A stretch of DNA of 64,000 bases from Nageia nagi (Eukaryota; Plantae; Pinophyta), in assembly GCA_050084985.1 (NCBI GenBank), contig JBITNC010000001.1, positions 165,106,001-165,170,000 on the forward strand. The letters are read 5' to 3'. Shown piece after piece: positions 51,787 through 60,898 of the stretch (position 1 is its first letter; each line of letters begins with the position of its first letter). The notes beneath the pieces were generated by a model. It was not told the origin of the DNA. It saw nothing but the letters and a program-made list of their open reading frames with translations, and searched no databases. The translations under genes were made by a program, and so were the position numbers.

Positions 51787-52499
51787 AATAAAACAGTATA
51801 AGTATAAGTATCCTCTTCTTTCAATAATTCTTCTAACTCGATAGTTGCTCTTTTGATGAAATTTTGAAGTTTTTCAATTCTAGCAATTGGCCATTTAGCT
51901 CTTTCTTTGAATTACTGCCTAGGAGGTACTTCTATAGGATGTTTCTCTGGCTGAGTAGGATGAGGAGCAAATCTTGTTTCTTTACAGTATAAGTCTGGTG
52001 ACATATATGCTGCATTAGTGACAGACAATAATCCTTGCTATGATAAACATTCATTGTAGGTACAATACTTATAGTGGCTTGTGGTAACTTTTTTATGAGG
52101 GAGAACTATTTGGAAGCTTTTGGAGCTAGAAGATTCCCCAATTCCACTGCATTTTTGCAAGCTATAATACTGATCTTGAAGAGAAGCAAGGAGATTTTCA
52201 AAATAATTCCTTTGAGATAACTCATAAAAAGGAATTTGATTAAGCTGACACTGTGCATTTTGGATTTGTTAAGAGAGATCAAGAAAAGAAAGTTTATTGG
52301 AGCTAAACATGTGAATCTAGAAATCTAGATCAAAATCATAAGGAGAACTAGTATGCTCAGTTTCAGAGGCACTAGATGAACTGTGATGATTAAAATTAAT
52401 CATGGTGTCTGAATCATATTCAATGTCAGAACTGAATTATTTTGAATCAAAGACAAGTCTGTATTCATCTTGATCAACATGCAAAGAAGAAAACATATT

Positions 52500-53448
52500 A
52501 ACCTTATGTTTTCCTTCCTTTTGTTTGTCTCTATTGGGACACTTGTTTGAGTAGTGAGGTCCTTTGCATAAAAAACATTTGACTATCTTCTGAGGAAAAT
52601 GCTTGTGTTTACGAAAGAACCTTTTTCTTCTTTTAAATTTCTGACTGGGCTAAGAACTACAATCTATACATTTTGATTTTTTCTTTTTGAAATTTTTTTT
52701 CTTTTTGGGCTTGTAAGAACACCCAAAATCTTCCTCAAGATTTTTCTGACAAAAAGATTTACCAAGGAATTTCTGATGCTTGTTGAGTTCCTTTTTCCTC
52801 TTTTTTTTCAAGGCATAATTCTCTATTAGTCTAATTAATAATCTGATTAATTCTTGCAAAAGAGAGGGATTCTGTAGACAAACCTAACATAGAGAGATTC
52901 TTGTTATATGCCTCACAGAAAAATTCTAGAAAAGAATTTACATATCTGACCTTCATTAAGTTATTATGTATCTAGCTAGAATTATAATACCAGTTTTGCA
53001 TTTTACACTGGTATTTGGAAAGTTTGCTCATGTCATAGATTTGAGCTGACATAAATTTTTGCTTGGCATTTTCACAACTTTCCTCAAGGCTACCTATGAA
53101 TTCTGCTATAATGGTACTACATAATCTAGAAGTACCATTCTCCAAAATTATTCTCTGATTCTGCTTAGAGATTTTGTCCCACCATTCCTTCAATATACCT
53201 ACAAAACCATTAGTCACTTGCTGAGCAATAGTGTAGGGATCCTTCACTAATTATTCAGTCTGAGTATTTGACCAACCAACTATACCATGGAGCATTTCTT
53301 TGAGTTGCTCTAGATTTTTACACTCTACTTTATAGTAGGATGGTTGTAGGTTTTGGGTACAAGCTGTATGAGCTAGAGGTGGCTGATGAGAAGATTCACC
53401 AAAATCTTCTTCTTCTTGAAATATCTCAAAAATTTTAGTTTTGGCCAT
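52500..53448 (-). pseudogene. Caulimovirid capsid protein with Lys-rich tract and Zn knuckle, interrupted
   Basis: IAQQVTNGFVGILKEWWDKIS...STIIAEFIG (GF.G.LK.WWD capsid motif), LGKSFCQKNLEEDFGC, KPKKKKNFKKKK and CFLCKGPHYSNKC (52577-52539). Several stops and frameshifts. Confidence 0.85.
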
Positions 53449-53989
53449 GTTAACCTTTTTGTCCTTTGGGATAGGAGTATCTGTAATCTAAAATTTCCCA
53501 ACTAATTCTTTTACCCTTTTCCAAGACTATCTAGGTGTATTTTCATGAGAAGATTCAAGACTAGAACTTGGTTTACTTGTAGTATACTACTCTAATGGAG
53601 TTACATATCTTTTGATAGGAGCTTGTTCCATTTTGGTGATGGCAGTATCTATCTTATCATTTAGAGCTTCTATTATGGGCTCTTTATCTGCTGGCTTCTA
53701 GCATGAGCACGATCAAGAGCAAGTTGAGCTCTTTCTAGCAGATTTATTATATTATCCATTTTTCTATTTAAAATAGAAGTGGCTGTATTATTACAATTTA
53801 ATAATTTTTCTATAGGGGTCTATTCTACCCCTGAAGTAGTTTTCTTGACAAACCAGGATTGAATTTTCTTCCATCTTCCATTTCCCAATCTTCATCCTCT
53901 TCTCTAGGAAAAGACCTTCTATTCATATGAATTTTAAATGATTTCTCAACAAGAGTAAGGCATTCCTGACATTGATATCAAAAATTGTC

Positions 53990-55021
53990 TTAACTAAGAG
54001 GGATGAGACTATCATGGGTACAGTAGTGACAGTCAACTACTTTTACCTTGGAAGCAAATTTATGAAACTGTTCGAGAAAATCTTTCTCTATTACATCATT
54101 GTTGGAAGATGATTCTGCATGGCAAGACTGACGGGCACCAATCGACAATCTTGGTTTCTTTATTTGGATGACAGCTTTGCCATCACTCATTTGTACACTA
54201 GACACACAATGTTTTTCTATGTCTTCTCTTAAGAAGTCTGTGTTAACAATCCATTCTCTTAGGATTTGGATATTTTTCCATTCAACATATGTAGGCTCTA
54301 CTTTATGACTCTGTGGATCAGCCTTTAAAACCAGAGTTTTCCCTTTACTACCACCATGCTTGACTACAGGTTGAAGGGTATTGGTAAATCTATACATGAC
54401 TTTGGTATGTATAGCTAAGTGAGTAGTTCCTTGAAAAACTTTAAACCCTTTGGTCAATATGCAGACTTTGAGAACTTTATCTAGGTGGGGATCATTAAGA
54501 TATATAGGGAAGTTAGGATAAGCCTGTAGGACTTTACCACCATCATGTAGAGAAGTAGGCATAGCACCAATTAAACTATATTTGAATTCAAGGTGATGAC
54601 AATCTAGCACACATGCTATACAAGAGGTTTTGATACCTTGACGGGTTAAGGGAGTAACCCCGACTTGAACCAACCCTAAGTGCAGGAATTTATATTCTGG
54701 ATGTGTTTGTTGAAGATTTTTAATCTTTTTAATATCAAGCAAAGACACATAATGCTGTGAAGAAGAGTTTTGATCTATATGGACTATATCTTCTTTACAG
54801 TGAATTGTAGATTTTACTTTGAAATGGAAACACGATAAACCAGAATAAATTTCATTTGCAGAGACTTGGGGAAGAGACCATTCAAGTAATGGCTCTGACT
54901 CATCAATATCTATATATGCATCATTGACTGTGGAAACACAATTGCCAAGATTAATGAATGAATCAATTGCATCCATACCGCAACTTTGTTTGGCTGAAGA
55001 AGATTGAGTTACACGATCCAT
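53990..55021 (-). CDS. Caulimovirid 30K-superfamily movement protein (343 aa open frame; stop probably a premature CAA>TAA in a longer polyprotein)
   Basis: YKFLHLGLVQVGVTPLTRQGIKTSCIACVLD...SLIGAMPTSLHDG...AYPNFPIYLND...VMYRFTNT matches the conserved 30K MP core. Longest ORF in the window. Confidence 0.9.
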   Translation of the reverse strand: MDRVTQSSSAKQSCGMDAIDSFINLGNCVSTVNDAYIDIDESEPLLEWSLPQVSANEIYSGLSCFHFKVKSTIHCKEDIVHIDQNSSSQHYVSLLDIKKIKNLQQTHPEYKFLHLGLVQVGVTPLTRQGIKTSCIACVLDCHHLEFKYSLIGAMPTSLHDGGKVLQAYPNFPIYLNDPHLDKVLKVCILTKGFKVFQGTTHLAIHTKVMYRFTNTLQPVVKHGGSKGKTLVLKADPQSHKVEPTYVEWKNIQILREWIVNTDFLREDIEKHCVSSVQMSDGKAVIQIKKPRLSIGARQSCHAESSSNNDVIEKDFLEQFHKFASKVKVVDCHYCTHDSLIPLS

Positions 55022-55341
55022 TTGAGATTTCTTGGAAACTTTCCTTGAGAATTCAGTTGTGCCTTCTTATTGCCCTTCACACCTATCCATCAGCTTTTAG
55101 CAGGACTTACTAGTACATCTTACCCTATTAACTTGAATTCAGAGATAAGAACTATCAAATAAATAGCATAACAGATCTTAACAACTTCACTCGGAGAGAG
55201 ATATGAACAAAATAGATCCTTTGTATTATCAGCAAGAGTATTACACCAAACAATCAATATGTAGCATACTCACAAATATAGTCCAGAAGGATGATTCATC
55301 TATGAGGGCATTACACATTGATAAAAACCCTAAACCCTAAA

Positions 55342-58300
55342 TATTGTCAAGCTTCTTCATCTAGAATGAGACCTTGTAATTGAGATTTGAGAGATGGGAT
55401 TTCTAGCTCAAGTGGCATGATATCTTCAGCTCCATAGACCAAGGTGTAAGGAGTGGCCCCCATGGGTGTTCTTATGCTAGTGTGATAAGCCCACAAAGCA
55501 TAAGGAAGACATTCATGCTAATTCTTATGGTTATCATTGACCATCTTCTTCAAAATTATGATAACGGTTTTTTTAGATGCTTCGACTTGGTCATTCCCCT
55601 GATGGTAGTACAACATAGAGAAAGAATGTTGGATATTGTGACCATTACACAATGCTTTAACATGCTAATTTTTAAATGGAGTCTCATTATTTGATATGAT
55701 TTTGTGTGGGATGCCAAAGCAAAAAATGATGTGAGTATGAATAAAGTTGGTAATCTTGTGACCAATTGTAGATACAAGGGGCTCTATTTCAACCCACTTA
55801 GTAAATTATTATATCATAATGATTATGAATTTATGTCCTCCTAAAGATGGAGGCACAAACTGACCTATGAGATGAAAACCCCACTAAGCAAATGGCCATA
55901 GAGATTGAATAGGATTAAGTGCCTAAGTAGGAAGATGCTGTAAATGAGAATGTTGCTGACACTTAAGATATTTTCTAATGTAATCTTAACAATCCTTTTC
56001 CATAGTCGATCAATAGTATCCCATACTAAGAATGTGTTTGGTAATGGTTGTTCCATTAAAATGTTTACCACAAATACTATCATGATAGGTTTGAATAATA
56101 ATTTGTTGATCACAAAGCTCTAAACACTAAAGAAGAATACCATCATAGGATGCTTATAGACCACATCTCCTAGTATGGCATACTAGGATACATTTTACTT
56201 GAACATCCTTTTCTCACTAGCTGATAAGTTAGGAGGTGTGACATTCCATTTAATATATTTGTATAACTACTTATACCATAAGTCACAATGCTCTATAGTA
56301 ATCTCATTGAATGAAATTGAAGTTGAATCATAAAGCAAAGGCAACTTCAATGAAAACTCTTTCAAAGTTATAATCTCAACATGTTCAATAAGCCTATGAG
56401 GATTAGGGGGATAAGTGATCCTAAGGATGCCATGGTGTCTACAAACTAATTAGATGACCTCAAAGTAGCTTCAATATTATAAACTTTGAATAGTTTTAAT
56501 AACTTTAGTACCAAGTATTTGTAATTCTTCAAAAGCTCATTATGACATTGGTAAGTACCTAAACTCTGATTGACTACCAACTGAGAATCACCATAGATAA
56601 GCAAAATTTTTATTTTAATCTCTAAAGCTATTTTAAGACCCAATATAAGTGCCTCATACTTTGTATTACTATTTATGCATGGGAAGCCTAAATTAAAGGA
56701 ATATGGAATGGGGATAGCCTAAGGAGTAAAGAGGATAATATCATCTACTTTAAAAACATATTCATTAGGAATAGTGATCTCAAGAGGAGTATTTGCTTGG
56801 ATAGGAGCCTCTACTAGTTGATCATTTATCATATGATATTTAATAAATTTTTGACTAATGAAGATGAGATCAAACTCAGATAAGAACATGATCCATTTAG
56901 TATTTCACACACTATGATATATTTTTCTCATCATGTACTTCAAGGGATCATCCTTAGAAATGACATATGTGGTATGATTTAACATGTAATGCCTCAACTT
57001 CTTAACAACAAAGACAAGCATGAGATAAACCTTCTTAATGTAGACATACTTAAGATCATAATCAATAAGTGTGAAATTGAGATAATATATGGCTTGCTCT
57101 TTTTCTTGATCATTTTTTTATGCAAGCATGACTCCTAAAGAAAAATTAGTCATTGAAAGATATAAGTGAAAGGGTACATCATCTATGGGTGGAATGAGAA
57201 CTAGTGGATGAAGTAAATATTGTTTGGTCTCATAAAAAGACTTTTGGGAATCTTCATTCCAATCAAAATTTACCCCCTTCTTAATGAGCGCATTAAATGG
57301 ATGACACTTGTAAAATAGCTAAGCTATAAATTCTTTGATATCCTAAATTTTTCCTTGAAAACTCCTCAAGGTATTGATGTCATGTGGTGGAAGCATACCA
57401 GTGATAGCTATAACTTTCTTGGGATCAACTTCTATACCTCATTTTGAAATAATTAACCCTACCAATTTACCTTATGTGACACTAAACATACATTTTCTAG
57501 GATTCAATCTGACATTGTCTATATTAGGTAGTGGAAAGTCATCTTTTGGACAAGCTACATTAAGGTCCCTAAAATTTGTACAAACTCTGATGTGATCATT
57601 AGATTTGCAAATAGGGACCATGTTAGAGACCCATTTAGAATAGTCAATAGAATGGATAAAATTAGCATCTAACAATTTATGAATTTCCTCCTTAATTTGA
57701 ATTGAGTTTGCTAGATCTACCCTTCTAGGTTTTTGCTTGATAGGTTTAGTGTCTGGTAGTGTAACAATGTTGTGGAATATGATATTAGGATCCATGCCTA
57801 GCATGTCCTTATAAATATAAGCAAATACCTCAACATACTTCTTTAGTAACTCTATAGCTATTTCTCTCTATGATTCATTCAATATATCCCCTAAGTAGAA
57901 TATCTTAAGGTTCAAAGGATTATTGCTAATGTTGAATTTGACTAACTTTCTAATGTGCATGTGGGACCCATCCTCTAACTATTACTATAATGGGGATGTA
58001 TGACAAATCATCCTTATCTAAACTATTGATGAAAGAAGCCAAGTTGATGATTCAGCTTCATCAAAGCAATCTAAAGGAAAAGAAGCATCATGTAAACTAG
58101 AATATATATTTGACAAAGATGAAGAAAGATCCATATATAAAGGACTAATAGAATTATACAATCTAAAATAAGGATAAAGAAATAAACCATTGACAAAAAA
58201 CATTGAAACATCAAAGGCAAAATCACATGAAGATTCATGGAATAAATCATTAGGGATGGAACACTTAGAAACATGAGGACTAGATGGACCAAAACATAAT

Positions 58301-59650
58301 TAAATGTCATATTCATCATCATGTTCCACCTCATATATTAGAATATTAGGGTTGGAAAACTATTCTTCTAGAGATTTAAGTTTAGGGCATGAAACCCTAG
58401 ATCGCATTTATCTCAATTATATTGAAACAAAAAAGAAAAGACATGAATTAGTCCATGTTCATACTTGCCTAGACCATACCCTTTCCATTTCCATCTAGAA
58501 AAGAACTTACTTACTAATGTAGGACATGAAATATATTCTATTTTAGCACAATAATTCTCTTTAAGATATTGCTCAATAGGAATATCTTGAGGTTCATCAA
58601 TACCTACATAAACAAAGAATGATTGGTTTGGATATGAGCCTAATGAGATAAGATAACTGAGGATAGGTGAAGGTTCTAAAGGTTTCCCTAAGTCTTTCAT
58701 AGAAGGAATATGAAAAAGAATATCATATATACAATATTCCCCCTTACCAAGACATTCATACTTAATGACATCAAAAGGCGATGACATGACTAAGTTGATA
58801 GGATGTTATTCAAGAGGATCAGGACCAACTTGAGAGAAAGAGGACTCATCTTCTTGAGAAGGATTAGAAACTAGAAAATAAGAAGATATTTAAAATTAAC
58901 CAAGCGAAGGAAATCTATGATAAGATGGCTGATTATTACTAGGGACAAGTATAGACTAGATTTGACAACTAGATGAAGGCTACATAGAATCATTAAGTGA
59001 CTTAACTACATGACATATGAAGGGATCAATGACTAAGGATGATGGGAAAGATGTTTAGGAAGATGAAGTAGATTATACAAAAGATAAAGTGGTAGATGAT
59101 AGTTATTATGAATGGGATGACATTGGACTCAGATGATTATTCATAAGGAGGGTGATGGGAAGGAAATGTCCACATGGCATCTGAGGTGACTTAGGAGAAA
59201 AGATAGAGTTGCAATGAATAAAGGGATTAGGATCAGTTATAATGAAATCAACCTTTCCATTATGTAAGTATTTCAAACATCTATGTAGAGCAGATGGAAT
59301 TCAGTCCATATCTTCTATCCATGGCTAACCTAGAAGGATATTATACTACATTTTTACTTTGATCACATGACAAGTGGTTGCTATTTCTTGTACTCCAACC
59401 TTGACTAAAATAATTATTATGCCCATAGTTGTAGCCAAAGTGTTATTGAAGGCCCTAATTGTGAGATTAGGAGCATTCAAATATTTGATAGGAACTTTAA
59501 TTTTTTTAAGTACCATAGAAGATATAACATTGATTTTAGATCCATTGTATATCAAAACTCTCTTTTTTGGATGAGAATCTATATAGGCAACAACATACAA
59601 AGTAAGATATCACGATATATCAGGGTGACCTTGATATCTTGAAAGAAGGT
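55342..59650 (-). pseudogene. Tat/Ogre pol (PR, G-patch, RT, RH, additional RNase H, INT), decayed with internal deletions
   Basis: PR RVLIYNGSKINVI; G-patch FSRWKWKGYGLGKYEHG; RT IRVCTNFRDLNVACPKDDFPLPNID; additional RH LGLKIALEIKIKILLIYGDSQLVVNQ; INT FTKWVE and LPYALWAYHTSIRTPMGATPYTLVYG, truncated after EEA*QY. Confidence 0.92.
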
Positions 59651-60629
59651 GATGTTGGGTCTTGTGGAACTTTTAATGGCCCTTATGAAACCTCCAAAGG
59701 AATCATGATTATTCATATCAAAATCAATTGATTTCAAGATATTGTTCAAAGCACCCTTATGTTTAGGTGATTGTTGCAGCAAATCCCATAGGGAGAGCTT
59801 TTTTTTGAGTAGTACGAAGTTGATGCTCTAAATGTATCTAAATGATTACTAGATCTCTAGGAGCTTGATTCTAAATATGTACTTTAGCCTTGGGTGAGGG
59901 TGGTCCAATTCTCACCACTCTAGAGGGAGGAGGATGTGCTCAATCATTACCTCTATTAGTTCTAGTAGTTACACCAATCATGTTACTATCATAAACTTCT
60001 TCAATATGATATGATGGGGATGGTTCCATGATGCTTATTAACTTATAATTTGAGGTTATATAAATACCACCAATGAAAGAATAATGTGAATCCATGCTAA
60101 TGAATCCTAGGCACTCATTTTATTTTATCTTGAAGTATAGTCATGATTAACCCACTTTAGTGGTTCTGATGAGACTTGATTTACATTATTATTGTGTTTA
60201 GGCAAAGGATTTTGAAATACATCCAAATTTCTAGTGGGTTAATCCACTAAATTTTCTATCAACACTTGTACATCATCTATTAGCCTATGAATGACATTAT
60301 TTAATTGATTACATTTATTTGTATCGTGCCATTTCTATCTATGATAAATGCAATATTTGTTATCTTTATACCAAATAGGTTTCTCCCAACTAGTATCTTT
60401 GGGTTTGAATTTAGGAAGGTTGATTAACTTTGCAGTCAAAATTTTCTTCAAAACATCTTCAATAGGTTCAAGCAAAGGAGTCCAAGATTTACATGGCTCA
60501 TATTATTGAGCTTTCCTAGGCCTATAAAGATCTTGCTAATTATTTTTATCAATATTTTGTCTAGGGCTTTCTCTTCTTAGAGGATTGACCCTAGGTGGTT
60601 GTGTAGGAGCTAACTAAATCATTGGTTGT

Positions 60630-60898
60630 TGTTAAGATATTGGGTGTGTGGATTCACTAACAGGTCAAGCTTTTGGTGTAATAGTTCATGACATTTGGTA
60701 TCAGAGTAGGCCATATGTCCCAAGTTCAAATCCCTGGAAAGGGCTACTATGGAAAGGGCTACCTAGAGAAGACTAGAGTGAGAATTGCCATAAGTGAGAG
60801 CCATTGAGGACATCGAATGTGGAGCATGGTGGAATGTTAAGATCTTGGGTGTGCAGATTCACTAACAGGTCGACCTTTTAGTGTAATGGTTCATAACA
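60630..60898 (+). mobile_element. Miniature LTR retroelement (TRIM), 269 bp with 64-bp LTRs
   Basis: LTRs 60630-60693 and 60835-60898 (TG..CA, 8 differences), PBS tttggtatcagag, purine-rich ggtggaa before the 3' LTR, perfect TSD GTTGT (60625-60629 and 60899-60903). Confidence 0.95.
60674..60733 (+). promoter_or_regulatory. Candidate type-2 Pol III internal promoter (A box and B box) spanning the TRIM LTR, PBS and internal region
   Basis: A box TGGTGTAATAG (60674-60684; TAGTGTAATGG in the other LTR) and B box AGTTCAAATCC (60723-60733), 38 nt apart. Confidence 0.6.

Larger units (their letters stand above)
51606..55341 (-). mobile_element. Endogenous caulimovirid (plant pararetrovirus) fragment: leader, movement protein, capsid and linker; no PR/RT/RH
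   Basis: 30K MP ORF followed on the same strand by capsid motifs and a Zn knuckle, in a single-polyprotein order like Petuvirus/Florendovirus ORF1. Flanked on both sides by Tat element sequence. Confidence 0.9.

Noticed and set aside
51606-55341. Complete, activatable viral genome
   Set aside because: No tRNA-Met PBS, protease, RT or RNase H of viral type, and the capsid frame is disrupted.
55325-55341. Interstitial telomere array
   Set aside because: Only about two repeat units; reported as a junction motif instead.
60667-60746. Genuine tRNA gene
   Set aside because: The anticodon loop is oversized and made of the PBS, the T stem is imperfect, and the 5' half is duplicated as part of the LTRs; it belongs to the TRIM.
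60630-60898. Cassandra element
   Set aside because: No 5S rRNA similarity (no A/IE/C boxes) is visible in the 64-bp LTRs.
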